Positions 1 through 10,993 of a stretch of 64,000 nucleotides of DNA are shown here, piece by piece. The notes under the pieces are model-generated. The model was not told the DNA's origin and did not search any database. It saw nothing but the letters and a program-made list of their open reading frames with translations. Position 1 is the first letter of the stretch. Every line of letters begins with the position of its first letter. The translations under genes were made by a program, and so were the position numbers. The stretch comes from an uncultured Chthonomonadaceae bacterium (GTDB lineage: Bacteria; Armatimonadota; Chthonomonadetes; Chthonomonadales; Chthonomonadaceae), in the NCBI GenBank assembly GCA_963817895.1, contig CAWFQB010000002.1:672001-736000 (forward strand). The letters are read 5' to 3'.

Positions 1-1175
1 GTGTCATAGTTGTAGACGCCCATATCCACTTCCATGCTGTTGTCAACACCCGGCAAAGGTTCGCCTGGGTCAATGTTGAGGCCGCCGGAGGCGGACATGT
101 ACATTTTCACAGCATTATTGGGCGCGTCCAGTATGCTTTTGAGCGCGTGGCCGCCGCGCATGTAGCTGCCTCCGCTCGACTGGCGCAGATAGTAAATGTT
201 GATCGGCCCATTCGTATTGTCGAACACGAGATTGCTGTGCGGCTGCATGTTTATGTCGCTGAGATAATAGTTTGCGCCGCCGGGTTTGCCTTTCAGAGTG
301 ACCGTTTGATGCCCGGAAGTATTCAACGAATGTTGGGTGGTCGTAATCACCGGAGACGGTGTAGGATTATCCGGGTCACTTATTTCGGCCAGGTTATTGT
401 CATTATTCTGCGCGAGGTAATCTTGACCGCCTGGGAAATTCGCGTTGACGATATCGGTCGTTCCCTTCATGGCCAGAGGATTGGGATTATGAACCGCGCT
501 GTAGCCGCCGGGATCCTTATCGTTCGCCCATTTAGCCTTATCGCCATTGAACACAACGCCTTTGATGATGGGATTTACCTTCATGCTGGAGCTCATGGAC
601 TGTGTGCCGTTCGTGCCTGAAATGCCGTTTATAACAATGCCGTCTTGCAGGAAGTTGCTGGAATGGAGAGAGTACAGCGTATAAAACGTGCTGTATGGTT
701 GGGCATTGATACGAACGATGCGTGTGGCCGGCCCTGTAGCCGTTCGAATGGAGGCGCTACAGGTAATTGCAAACAGAGTGGTACTGGCATTCAGTTGAGA
801 ACCATTCAGCGTAGCGCAAGATACAGTGAAAGTTCCCGGCAGGCTGGACCCGATTTTGTCAATTTCAGTGGAAGCGTTGTAGGTGGTTCCCCCGCTATCT
901 GCACTTGCGATACCATTGTTGGTAATCTTGTGCAGTTCCCAGTTGATCCCGGCTTCGGCAATGTCGAGCGCCTCCTCGGAGGACGCCTGTGTGTTCGCCA
1001 GGTTGTAGTGTGATACCGTCATTGTTCCCATGCCGGCGAGGGCAAGGGCAATAATTACGGTGAAAATGAGCGCGGAAATGAGCGCGCTGCCGGGGGCAAA
1101 CGCGCCAAAACCCCGCCGCGAGGGGCGAGGAAAAAGAGAGGATAAATCCCATTGTGAAACCGCTGAAACTTGCAT
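1..1175 (-). CDS. PilX-like minor pilin / pilus assembly protein (3' end runs off the window)
   Basis: Absent from the ORF track because no stop falls in the window. Manual translation from ATG 1175 gives MQVSAVSQWDLSSLFPRPSRRGFGAFAPGSALISALIFTVIIALALAGMGTMTVSHYNLANTQASSEEALDIAEAGINWELHK, with a G-S-A-L hydrophobic helix and the A..AEAG motif of PilX N-termini. Lies downstream of the pilin. Confidence 0.75.
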   Translation of the reverse strand, partial: MQVSAVSQWDLSSLFPRPSRRGFGAFAPGSALISALIFTVIIALALAGMGTMTVSHYNLANTQASSEEALDIAEAGINWELHKITNNGIASADSGGTTYNASTEIDKIGSSLPGTFTVSCATLNGSQLNASTTLFAITCSASIRTATGPATRIVRINAQPYSTFYTLYSLHSSNFLQDGIVINGISGTNGTQSMSSSMKVNPIIKGVVFNGDKAKWANDKDPGGYSAVHNPNPLAMKGTTDIVNANFPGGQDYLAQNNDNNLAEISDPDNPTPSPVITTTQHSLNTSGHQTVTLKGKPGGANYYLSDINMQPHSNLVFDNTNGPINIYYLRQSSGGSYMRGGHALKSILDAPNNAVKMYMSASGGLNIDPGEPLPGVDNSMEVDMGVYNYD

Positions 1176-1311
1176 TGGAGGTTCCCGCTTCCTGACAGGT
1201 GGCCGTTTGCAAAACAGGCAGCCAGAACAAAACGAAAGTGAAAAGTCCTGCGGCGTCGCCGATGCGTGGAACACACCGGCGACACCGCAGAACAGGAACA
1301 CAGGTCGAGAG

Positions 1312-1707
1312 TTACTTGTTGTCCTTACCCGGCTCAAAGGTACCGGCGGCATCGGGATCGGGCGTACACGACACCTTGAAGGAGCCGGCAACGCTTCCGG
1401 CAGCGATCACGTAGGTTTCGCCGCTGGGTCCGATGGGCGGGGTTTGCAGGTCCGGCTCATTGGCCGTGCTGACCGCCCCGTAGTACTTCGAGTAGTCCGC
1501 TGGCCGGTCTTTGACATAGGCGGCCTGCACCGCGTTGGCAACGGTTTGCATGTTGGCGCGGTTGGTCTTGATGCGGCTGTCTTTGACCGCGCTGAGGTAC
1601 AGCGGGAGGGCAACCGCCATCAGGATGGACAGGATCAGGGTGACAACGAGCAGTTCGACGAGCGTGAAGCCGCTGACCTGGCGGCGAACGGAGGATGTGT
1701 GAACCAT
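1312..1707 (-). CDS. Type IV pilin / pseudopilin with prepilin cleavage-methylation site
   Basis: MVHTSSVRRQVSG|FTLVELLVVTLILSILMAVALP class III signal; 131 aa; AAGGAG RBS upstream of ATG 1707. Confidence 0.9.
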   Translation of the reverse strand: MVHTSSVRRQVSGFTLVELLVVTLILSILMAVALPLYLSAVKDSRIKTNRANMQTVANAVQAAYVKDRPADYSKYYGAVSTANEPDLQTPPIGPSGETYVIAAGSVAGSFKVSCTPDPDAAGTFEPGKDNK

Positions 1708-2141
1708 GGTGCTGAACTCCTTAAGTCCGTGTGTGCCGGCTGCGAGGCCGGGTTGATTAGCGTGTGTGTGCTTGGGTAGGGCGTTCAAGTACAGGCTTTC
1801 AGAAAAGTCTGTCTGAAACGCGGAGTGATACAATGTCCGAGCGCAGGCTCCGCTAAGGGAACAGGCGCAAGGCTCTTCTCAGGAATTGGCACGACTGTCG
1901 GCAGCGAATGGAACTGCGGTAACGCCCATGTTTGTGTCACAGATATAAAGACAGCGCGGCGCAAACCGGAGGTAACAGCATTGGAAGCGGCTGCTCCGTG
2001 TGTCTTTATGGTTGTGCCTTGACAGGCGCAGTGTACCGACATCGCTTTTTTCGGCTTCTGGACCGAGGTTTCCGTGTACGCGACCAGAGTAACAGATGGA
2101 GGAACCTAGACGCGGCGGACTTTCTCTCAAATGGCGGGCGC

Positions 2142-3359
2142 CTAACGTTTGAGCACCTGCGTGAGAGAAAAAATGGGCATATACAGAGCCAACAGAATAA
2201 ACAGTACCAGACAGCCGACCACAATGGTCATGAGTGGCTCCATTAATTTCGTAAGTTTATCTACAGTATACTGTATATCTCTATTATAAAATTCTGTTAT
2301 TTCCGCTAACATTGCATCAATGTTACCGGATTGCTCACCCGCGGAAATCAGGCGCGTCACCATCGGGGGAAATTCGCCCGTTGCTTCCAGTGGTTTGGAT
2401 AGTCCGGCGCCCTGCTGCACCTGCTCCGCCACCTTCATAACCGCTTCCTGAATGATGACGTTGCCGCAGGTGTTGGCGGAAACCGCCAGTGAGCGCAAAA
2501 TCGGCACACCCGCCGCGCTCATGCCGGAGAATGTCTGGCAGAAACGCGAAATGGCGATCTTTCGGTTAAGTTTCCCCAACAAGGGCAGCTTCAATTTCAA
2601 CTTGTCGTAAATATGCCGACCTCGCGATGTTTTGATGAACCGTCGCAGAACAGCCACACCCACGATCAAACCGATCAGCACCCACAGCCAGTAGTGTACA
2701 ACAATCGCGCTGACTTTAACCAGCAGGAGAGTTACGAGCGGCAACGTCGCATGGAATTGATCGTATACCTTCGCGAATACGGGCACAATGGCGGTCAGCA
2801 TGAAAATGACGACCCCCACAGCAACAATGACCACGAGAATCGGCATTGTCATTGCGGCTTTAATTTTTTCCCTGAGTTCCGCTTCCTGATCAAACTGGAT
2901 GGCGGCTGTTTCCAGGGTTTTGTCCAGCAGGCCACCGGCTTCCCCCGCCTGAACCAGCGAGACATACATCTCGTTGTAAACATCCGGGTGCTTGCGCATT
3001 CCGTCGGCCAATGTGCTGCCGGAGAGGACATCTTTGCGCACAGTATCCAGCGAAGCCGCCAGCGTCGGGTTTTCCGATTGTTCCGCGACGGAGTACAAAC
3101 ATTCCGTGATGTTCAGCCCCGCATGTACCAGGGTGGCGAGTTGTCGGCTCATCACCACCATGTCGTTCAATTTTACTTTTTTGCGTCCGAAGATAGAAGA
3201 GGGCTCGTCCTCGCCTGAGCCGGATTGTTCATGAGCGTCGGTAACAAACAGGTTCTTTTCGCGTAACTGCCCGCGCAGGTCGCCTGGATTGGCGGCGGCT
3301 TGAATGCCGGTTATCAGTTGACCACTGCGATCACGGGCGGTATAAGTGAACGTAGGCAT
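2142..3359 (-). CDS. pilC: Type IV pilus/T2SS inner-membrane platform protein (PilC/GspF)
   Basis: MPTFTYTARD start; RQLATLVHAG, AGEAGGLLD, GEQSGNID and LMEPLM..LYMPIF motifs. Confidence 0.95.
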   Translation of the reverse strand: MPTFTYTARDRSGQLITGIQAAANPGDLRGQLREKNLFVTDAHEQSGSGEDEPSSIFGRKKVKLNDMVVMSRQLATLVHAGLNITECLYSVAEQSENPTLAASLDTVRKDVLSGSTLADGMRKHPDVYNEMYVSLVQAGEAGGLLDKTLETAAIQFDQEAELREKIKAAMTMPILVVIVAVGVVIFMLTAIVPVFAKVYDQFHATLPLVTLLLVKVSAIVVHYWLWVLIGLIVGVAVLRRFIKTSRGRHIYDKLKLKLPLLGKLNRKIAISRFCQTFSGMSAAGVPILRSLAVSANTCGNVIIQEAVMKVAEQVQQGAGLSKPLEATGEFPPMVTRLISAGEQSGNIDAMLAEITEFYNRDIQYTVDKLTKLMEPLMTIVVGCLVLFILLALYMPIFSLTQVLKR

Positions 3360-3512
3360 TGCGTGTACTCTCTTATGCTTTGGGCGTATTGTCTCGTCAA
3401 GGACAGGAACTATCAGGGTTCCCATAGTTAAGAATAGCAGCGATAGGATGGAAACATACAAGCCCGGCAATTAATTCAGTATTTAGAGCTAATTTTTCTT
3501 GCCGGAGTAGAA

Positions 3513-5222
3513 TTAATCCTCTAAATACAGGACGCGCAGCATCTCTTCCGGCGTAGTCACTTCATCCACCACTTTGCGAAGGGCGGACTGGCGCAGGGTT
3601 ATCATGCCGTCTTTAATCGCCTGTGTTTTCAGATGCGCGCCTGAAGCGCCCTCTAAAATCAAATCTCGCAGGTTATCGGTCATCGGCATGATCTCATAAA
3701 CCGCTGTGCGGCCTTTCATGCCTCGTCCATTACATTTTACGCAGCCCCGGCCCCGCGCCACAATGGGGGGGCGTCCATCATCCAGCGTCATACCCAGCGA
3801 CTTGGCCGTCGCCTGGCTGACCAGATGCGCTTCCTTGCAATAGGGGCAAACCTGCCTCAACAATCTTTGCGCCACAACTCCGATAATAGCAGAAGAGATC
3901 AGAAACGGCTCGATACCCATATTTTGCAGTCGCACCAGCGCGCCGGGCGCGTCATTGGTATGCAGCGTGGAAAGCACAAGGTGTCCGGTAAGCGCGGCCT
4001 GAACAGCGATTTCCGCCGTCTCCTGATCGCGAATTTCACCCACCATAATCACATCCGGGTCCTGGCGCACGAGGGTTCGCAGGCCGGAGGCGAATGTCAC
4101 GCCGATTTTCGCGTTCACCTGCAACTGATTGATGCCGTTAAGGTGGTACTCTACCGGGTCTTCTACCGTATTGATGTTGCGCGTCGTATCGTTGATCTCA
4201 TTGAGCGCGGCGAACAGCGTGGTTGATTTGCCCGATCCGGTCGGCCCGGTAACAAGCAAAATGCCATGTGGCTGCTGAATAAAGCTTTTAAATAACTCCT
4301 GCTGTTCCGGGTAAAAGCCCAGAGAATTCAGGCCGGAATGGACGCCGGATTTCGACAGAACGCGCATAACGATTTTTTCGCCATGTATGAGCGGAATCAC
4401 GCTGACCCGAAAATCAAACCCTTTGCCATTGTCGTCGTTGGCGACAAAGCGGCCATCCTGAGGTCGCCGCCGCTCGGCAATGTCCATACGCGCCATGATT
4501 TTGATGCGCGATACCACTGCCGCAAGATGGTGCAGGGGAAACGTCATCTGCTCATGCAGCAGGCCATCCTGCCGGAAGCGAACGCGGACGCCATGTTCCT
4601 GCGGTTCGATGTGAATGTCGCTCGCGCCCGAATTGGTAGCGGCGTGAATGATGTTGTTGACCAGCCGCACAATCGGCGCGTCTTCAGCCAGCCCGACCAG
4701 ATCATCTACGGAGAGGCCGGATTGCCCCTGGGGAAGGTCAGTCATCTCCTCAAGGACCGACTGCGTTTTCAGCCGAACATCGTAGACGCGGTTAATGGCT
4801 TCCAGCAGGTCCACGCGAAAGGCCAGATGCGGCTCGATATGGCGGCGCAATCGTACCCGCAGGTCGTCTACCGTGACCACATCCAGAGGATCGGCCATCG
4901 CCACATGGATAGCGTTGTCAGCATCCGCGAAGGGCAGCAGCACTTTGCGCCGCGCAATCTCTTCGGGGATGCCCTGCGCCAGCGTTGGGTCTACAACCGT
5001 CTCCGTAATGTCCACAAAGGGAAAGCCCAGCGAGCGTTCCAGATAGTGTCCCACCATGGCGGCGGCGACAAACCCCTGCGCTACCAGCGCTTCTCCGAAA
5101 AGCAAATTGGTCTGACGCTGATAGGCCAGCGTCTTCTCTATCTGCGTTTCATCAATGATGCCATCGGCCTTCATGCGTTCGCCAAGCATCGCATTGGCCC
5201 GGGGAGTAAGTGTGGTAGTCAT
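3513..5222 (-). CDS. pilB: Type IV pilus assembly ATPase (PilB/GspE)
   Basis: ASDIHIEP, Walker A GPTGSGKST, EDPVEY, RQDPDVIMVGEIRD, TGHLVLSTLHTN, and CPYC...CVKC Zn motif. Confidence 0.95.
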   Translation of the reverse strand: MTTTLTPRANAMLGERMKADGIIDETQIEKTLAYQRQTNLLFGEALVAQGFVAAAMVGHYLERSLGFPFVDITETVVDPTLAQGIPEEIARRKVLLPFADADNAIHVAMADPLDVVTVDDLRVRLRRHIEPHLAFRVDLLEAINRVYDVRLKTQSVLEEMTDLPQGQSGLSVDDLVGLAEDAPIVRLVNNIIHAATNSGASDIHIEPQEHGVRVRFRQDGLLHEQMTFPLHHLAAVVSRIKIMARMDIAERRRPQDGRFVANDDNGKGFDFRVSVIPLIHGEKIVMRVLSKSGVHSGLNSLGFYPEQQELFKSFIQQPHGILLVTGPTGSGKSTTLFAALNEINDTTRNINTVEDPVEYHLNGINQLQVNAKIGVTFASGLRTLVRQDPDVIMVGEIRDQETAEIAVQAALTGHLVLSTLHTNDAPGALVRLQNMGIEPFLISSAIIGVVAQRLLRQVCPYCKEAHLVSQATAKSLGMTLDDGRPPIVARGRGCVKCNGRGMKGRTAVYEIMPMTDNLRDLILEGASGAHLKTQAIKDGMITLRQSALRKVVDEVTTPEEMLRVLYLED

Positions 5223-5702
5223 AAATGTTCGCAACTACAGTTCGTCCGCCCGCTTACACGCGCTTACGCGGCAGAAGGAAAATGGCACACGTCATCGTGT
5301 GACGAAGTATTAAAATAGAATGTCAAAATGGAAAGGCGCGCAGCATCGGGACTAGCGCAGTTGTTTCCGGCAAGTTACCACTGCATTGTGCAGCCACCTT
5401 CTGGAAACGCATCAAACGGATGTAGAATGTAGCGTGGGTACATAAGAACGCTAACTTCATGGAAGTTATCTTACAAGAACAACAACCGGCAGGCTTTTGC
5501 CGAATTTGCTGCTGCAAATACTATGAATAAATTTGACCTGTAGCGCGGTTTCTCAGCCTGCCTGAATTACGTGTAGGTGACGTACAGGTATAAGATATGT
5601 TCCCGCAATTTTACGAGACTAAAATAAGTATAACACGGTTTTTGCAAAATCGCGCAAGCGGGCATTAAAATTCTTTTTCAAGAGCGGTGGCTATAACAAA
5701 AT

Positions 5703-5738
5703 ATCCGGGCGCTGACATGCAATTGTCAGCGCCCGGAT
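5703..5738 (-). terminator. Hairpin, probable intrinsic terminator
   Basis: Perfect 15-bp stem ATCCGGGCGCTGACA/TGTCAGCGCCCGGAT followed by a T-run on the minus strand; downstream of the PEP-CTERM gene. Confidence 0.6.
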
Positions 5739-5893
5739 GCTTACTCGTCTCCGCAGCAATTACTCTGCTCTTCACTTTTCACCTGACGGGCGAGCCGATA
5801 GCAGAAGTAAGAACCGCTACTGTGCGCCTATGCAGATGGAGTACAGCCCTTGTGGTTGTAACCCGGAACAATTTTGCGTTACGAGGCGCGTTT

Positions 5894-6685
5894 TTATTTG
5901 TTGATGGCAGCCCGTTTGCGGCGCGAAAGGCATCGCACCCCGGTAACAACCATTCCTGCCAGAAGCGCCATGCTGCCGGGTTCGGGAACAGGCGTTATGA
6001 CATTGAAGCGCAGCAGGCCTACAGCAAAGTCGTTGGGCGTGGTATTTGTCTGAAGTCCCGGCGGTAACATACCGGCAACGGCGCTCCCAACGATCAGGAT
6101 GGAGGTTATCCGATTGCCGCCCGCGTCCTGTACTCCAAAAAAGGGCGCGCTGCCATCCCCCTGCGCGAAGTTGATAATGCCGGTTTGGTCAAAGTTTGTC
6201 TGCGTCAAACCTTCGGAAACTTGAAACGAAAAATTCGTCGGGGCAAACGGCAGAGTGGGGTCAAAGTTAAATCCGAATGCGCTCACCCCGCTCGAAAACG
6301 TGATGAGCACTCCATCAGCGCTGTTACTTGCGGACGAACTAACGACGTTGCGCAGGAGTGGCGTAGCATCGGGAAAATCACCCGCAAAGTTATTGCCAAG
6401 CACTGTACCCTGCTGGTTACGGCGCTGCATGTATTTGCCATTGGCGACTGTTGCGCCATTGGTCAGCGTGATTGTTTGCGCTCCAATGGTGGTTTGATAG
6501 GTCAGGAAGGTATCCGGTGGATTGCCGGTAATCGGTACACCCGTGGGACTCAGCGCGTTCAGTTGGGTTTCGGTGATTGTCACCTGGCTCTGCGCGGTCG
6601 TTGCGACCAACAGCGCGGCGAAAGCGGCGGCTGGCACAAGGCTTTTGAGCGCGCGAAGAGCGTAAAATGGGGTGGATGTTATCAT
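5894..6685 (-). CDS. PEP-CTERM sorting domain protein
   Basis: N-terminal signal peptide; C-terminus VPEPGSMALLAGMVVTGVRCLSRRKR. Confidence 0.9.
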   Translation of the reverse strand: MITSTPFYALRALKSLVPAAAFAALLVATTAQSQVTITETQLNALSPTGVPITGNPPDTFLTYQTTIGAQTITLTNGATVANGKYMQRRNQQGTVLGNNFAGDFPDATPLLRNVVSSSASNSADGVLITFSSGVSAFGFNFDPTLPFAPTNFSFQVSEGLTQTNFDQTGIINFAQGDGSAPFFGVQDAGGNRITSILIVGSAVAGMLPPGLQTNTTPNDFAVGLLRFNVITPVPEPGSMALLAGMVVTGVRCLSRRKRAAINK

Positions 6686-6952
6686 ATCGGCGTGTTCCCC
6701 TCTGATGGGCAAAATCATTTGCCGTCAGGCGTCAAGGCTGCGTGAAAAGGGTTAATTATGAGTACTTCTGGATGGCCTACGTTTACGACAGCATGGACGG
6801 CAAAGCTGTCGCGCCTACAAAACTCATTATTGCATAAATCATGCCAACCCGTTCATTATTCAGCTGGATTTTCCATTTTCCAGTAAAAATACCACTAATT
6901 CTATACCGCGCGACACTTTTGAGCGACGTTTGCCTCTTAATCCAAACGGAAA

Positions 6953-6979
6953 AGAGGAGCCAACATTGTTGGCTCCTCT
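6953..6979 (-). terminator. Intrinsic terminator of the helicase gene
   Basis: AGAGGAGCCAACA-T-TGTTGGCTCCTCT stem with an adjacent A-run (U tract on minus), about 55 nt after the stop. Confidence 0.7.
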
Positions 6980-7032
6980 CTTACCGGCTTTTTTACTTTT
7001 TACAGAATTGGCTTCACCGTTCTGCGAACAGA

Positions 7033-9452
7033 TCAGTCGTTGCGGCGGAAACGGCGTCCGGCGTCATCGTTGCGATTGTTGTCCGGGCGGTGGGGCCGGA
7101 ACGTGGAGCGCGTGAACCGCTCGTCGCGCCCGCCGAACCGATTGTCCCGGTTGTTGTCTCGATTGCCTTCCTGATTGTCGCGCCCGAATCGGTTGTCGCG
7201 ATTGTCGCCGTCGTTCCGATTGAACGGGCGCGGCTGGCCCTGACCGGGTCCGCCCTCGCCGTCTTCGCGACGCGGGCGGGCAATATCCACATACACGCGC
7301 TTGCCTCGCATTTTGGTCTGCCCCAGTACCTCCATCACGCGGGCAGCGTCGGCTTCGGGAACTTCCACGAACGTGCTGCGATCCATGATGTCAATCGCGC
7401 CGATTTTGTTGCCGGGTACGCCCGCTTCATTGGCAATCGCGCCCACGATGTCGGCGGGCCGTATGCCGTCCTGCCGCCCAATCTGGAGGAACAGGCGAGT
7501 CATGCCGGACTCGGTGCGCTCCTCGACCACATCGGCTTCGGTCACGTCATAGTCCGACGCGCCCTTCTGCGCCTGCCACAGCATTTGCAGCGCGGCTCCC
7601 GCGATTTGCGAAGCGTCCCACTTGCCCTCTTCGGTCAGCTCTTCCACCGTTTGCAGGAAGCCGTCCACATGGCCCGCATTCAGGGTTTCGCGGATTTTCT
7701 CCTTGAACATTTCGCGCCGCCGCGTGGCGATGTCGGCTGCGGTGGGAACGCGGGCAGGCTTGATGGGCGCATTGATGAAGCGCTCGATCAGTTTCAACTG
7801 TCGGCGTTCGCGTGGCGCAATCAGGGTGATGGCGTTGCCGCTGCGTCCGGCTCGTCCCGTGCGCCCGATACGGTGAATGTAGGACTCCACATCCCACGGA
7901 ATGTCGTAGTTGATGACGTGCGTAATCTGGTCAATGTCCAGGCCGCGCGCCGCTACGTCGGTGGCAATCAGCAGGTCGGCCTGTCCCGCCCGGAAGCGGT
8001 TCATCACGCGGTCACGCGCGGCCTGATTCATTTCGCCGTGCAGGGTTTCCGCTTCGTAGCCGCGCAGTTGCAGGGCTTCGCCCAGATCATCCACATCACG
8101 GCGCGTCCGGCAGAACATGATGGTGCTGCCGGGGATTCCATATCCAGAATCCGCGACAGGGCTTCCACTTTCTGCGAGGGCGCCACTTCGTAATAGGTCT
8201 GGTTGACCTGCTCTACGGTGCGGTGCTTGCTTTCGATGCTGACCCGTCTGGGGTTTTTCAGATAATCGCGGGCAAGCGCGGCGATGCGCGGCGGCATGGT
8301 GGCCGAGAATAGCGCGGTCTGGCGCTCTTTGGGCGCTTCTTTCAGAATCTCTTCGACATCTTCCAGAAAGCCCATGTTGAGCATTTCGTCGGCTTCGTCC
8401 AGAATAACCATACGTATCTGGCCGAGTTTGAGCGTGCCGCGCCGCAGGTGGTCGAGAACGCGGCCCGGCGTGCCGACAACGATCTGCGGCCCACCCATGA
8501 GGGCGCGGAACTGGCGGTCAATGGGCTGTCCGCCGTACACGGGAACAACGCGCATCCGGCTGTATTTGGTCAGGTTATGCGTTTCCTGCGCCACCTGAAT
8601 ACACAATTCGCGGGTGGGCAGCAGAATAATCGCCTGTACGTGGTTTAAGCCCGCGTCCAGTTTCTCGGCAAGGGGCAGCGCGAACGCGGCGGTCTTGCCG
8701 GTTCCCGTTTGCGCCTGCCCGATGAGATCGTGTCCCGCAAGCAAAACGGGAATGGACTGCTCCTGAATGGGTGTGGGCGCTTCAAACCCGGCTTCAATAA
8801 TGGCGCGCATTGTCGGCTCGCCCAGATTGAGCGCGCGGAAAGCGGCGGCCGGTTCCACAATCGGCTCGGCAATGGCTTCAACAGCGGGTTCGGCAGGAAC
8901 TTCGGCAACGGTTTTCGCAGCCGGTTCAACGGCGGCGGTTTTGGCGGGCTTGTTCGCGGATTTTGCTGTCGGCTTGCTGACGGCTTCCACAATGGTTTTT
9001 GCAACTGGTTCTACGGCGGCTGCCGCAATCGGTTCAACGGCAGTTTCCGCTGTCGGCGCGCTGACGGTTTCGGCTGTGGCCGCTATTGGTTCGGCGGCGC
9101 TGACAACATCCGCAACAGGCTTGCTGACGGACTTTTTCACCGCTTTGGGCTTTGCGGCGGGTTTGCTGACGGCTTCAGCAGTGAGTTCGCTGACAGTCTC
9201 GCTTTTGGTCTTTGCCGTTTCCGGCGCAACTTCCATATCGGGAAGGTGAATAATTTTAGGTTCTGCAACTGGCATAAGTGTGTCTTCGGTACCTTCGTTC
9301 GTGTCGACGCGCGGTTTGCGCGGTTTGGCACGGGGTGTATCAGGGGTCGGCGTCAATGGTTCCGCCCCGGCGAGTGCCGGAGTCGCGGGCGGCATGAGCG
9401 CGTCCTGAACATCGGCAACGGGTTTCTTTTTGCTGGCTTTGGCTGCGCTCAT
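7033..9452 (-). CDS. deaD: DEAD-box RNA helicase (DeaD/CsdA type, DbpA C-terminal domain), split by one frameshift near 8131-8134
   Basis: PTPIQ, AQTGTGKT, PTREL, DEAD and SAT in ORF 8028-9452; ARGLD, HRIGRTGRAG and DbpA-like IGRQDGIRPADIVGAI in ORF 7033-8118. One extra C in the C4 run gives ESPGSTIMFC and joins the two. Confidence 0.9.
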
Positions 9453-9598
9453 AGGTGTCGTAATCTCCTCACGGTACTGTTAGTATACCAGATAGGAGCG
9501 GTAACATGTCGGGCTAATTTTCGCTCGTACTATCTACGTAAGACAACCTTCGCAATAATTTACTTTTCGGCGCGAAGCAAGCATTTGCTAAACACCAG

Positions 9599-9637
9599 AA
9601 AACGCGCCGCCTACTTTGAGCGCAGGCGGCGCGTTTT
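9599..9637. terminator. Bidirectional-looking hairpin terminator
   Basis: AAAACGCGCCGCCT...AGGCGGCGCGTTTT. Confidence 0.6.
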
Positions 9638-9826
9638 GGCGTGAAGTGTCTGGAACCATGATTTACACGATTAAAAGATTGCCATGATTGGTCTCCGAAA
9701 GATTACCAGTATATAAAAAAACCTGATCTTATTCCTGTCCATTTACAGCCCGCACAAGTTGCTCTGGCGGCGTTTCCTGCCGTTCTGCGGCGGTTCTGCT
9801 ACTATTCGCCCTTCCTAAATGACCTG

Positions 9827-10378
9827 CTATTGTTCTGTCGGCAAATTATGACAGGTGGGGGGATTGGCAATTAATGCGCTTACGTGCCTCATCTGCGTGA
9901 GAATGGAAGGCAAGTAGGTTTGGTCATTTACAAATTGATAGCGAAGTAAGGCTTCCTGGTCAGTTTCCTGGTCAATTTGAAAGCGTCGTCCGGCTTCTTG
10001 AGCGATACTGAACTCTAGTTGCCATAGAAGGTGGCCTAGTTTGTTGATGCTGATATACATACGAAACTGTGTCTTAGCATGACCATCCTTGAGTTGAAAC
10101 TCAACGCGCCCGTTGAGGGTTTGATGCAGTTCCCGCAACTCCTGCTCTAATGTGTCCCACTCTAACCGGTTCATGCGAAGATGAAAATGAGCCGTGCAGA
10201 ATGGGCTTGCGACGTCAATATGGGTCACAAACGAGGTGGATTCAGGCGTTTTCAAACTGGGATCAAATTCCTCAGTGTCATCCCAATAAAGACGCGATGT
10301 TGGAGGTATAGGAATACTCATGCGCAGGCGTGAGTCTTGGTTATTAGAATGGATCAAAACAATGGCTTCACTTGACAT
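9827..10378 (-). CDS. Hypothetical protein, possible WapI-like immunity protein
   Basis: 183-aa ORF (alternative start 10321) with an L..L...L.G...F segment and C-terminal F..DQTYL that resemble WapI-like proteins by eye. Confidence 0.5.
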   Translation of the reverse strand: MSSEAIVLIHSNNQDSRLRMSIPIPPTSRLYWDDTEEFDPSLKTPESTSFVTHIDVASPFCTAHFHLRMNRLEWDTLEQELRELHQTLNGRVEFQLKDGHAKTQFRMYISINKLGHLLWQLEFSIAQEAGRRFQIDQETDQEALLRYQFVNDQTYLPSILTQMRHVSALIANPPTCHNLPTEQ

Positions 10379-10781
10379 AGCGGTTCAGGCGCGTGGGAAG
10401 CAACTCTTCTTTCAGTGTCACACGAAACGTTCTGCCGACTTCGCGTACAATGGCAAGCAACACATCAGCAAAATCCACGTCGTTGACATCTACATCCTCT
10501 GCATCCGCCTCGAAATACACCACCAAAAATGGACGTGTCTTTGCTGTCGGCGTGGTCAGGCGTTGATACAATCGCTTCAACTCGGTAGATTTGCCACAAC
10601 CACGATGCCCGGTGAACAACAGATGCACGGGTTTGTCCGACCTTCGTACCGAGTTTGCGATTTGCGCGACAAGATCATCCGTGCCACGCACATCATCACA
10701 GGGAACGTAGCGCGCGTCGCCGTAGTTGAGCGGTTCGGCGGGATCACACTTCTGGTAAAACAGGTCTATGCCTTCTGCCAT
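10368..10781 (-). pseudogene. Truncated P-loop ATPase (N-terminal fragment)
   Basis: Walker A LFTGHRGCGKSTEL and a GAGGAG RBS, but only 137 aa with no Walker B before the stop. Confidence 0.65.
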
Positions 10782-10894
10782 TCTCGTATCCTCCTCGTTT
10801 TCTTATTATATCTCATTTCGCGTTAGCAATGACGCATAGCTCTACGCGCTTCAATTGTTGAGCGAAAATATTTGCAAAATAATTGCAGGGCCGC

Positions 10895-10925
10895 TTGACT
10901 CTCCCGTTACCGGAGGCTTTATACT
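10895..10925 (+). promoter_or_regulatory. MerR-type sigma70 promoter with 19-bp spacer and operator dyad
   Basis: TTGACT-ctcccgttaccggaggctt(19 nt)-TATACT with a CTCC...GGAG dyad in the spacer, directly upstream of the MerR gene. Confidence 0.85.
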
Positions 10926-10993
10926 GTGCTTGTTCGGTAAAGAGAGTGGATTGTAGGGGGTGTAGAGCGGTTTGAACGGTACGGGAAACAACT

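Noticed and set aside
5223..5700. c-di-GMP-I riboswitch upstream of pilB
   Set aside because: Only a GCAAA..GGCAAAAGCC fragment on the minus strand; the GNRA/receptor stem architecture was not found.
8120..8140. Programmed frameshift in deaD
   Set aside because: No slippery heptamer; the break is in a short C-run inside the conserved helicase core, so a sequencing indel is more likely.
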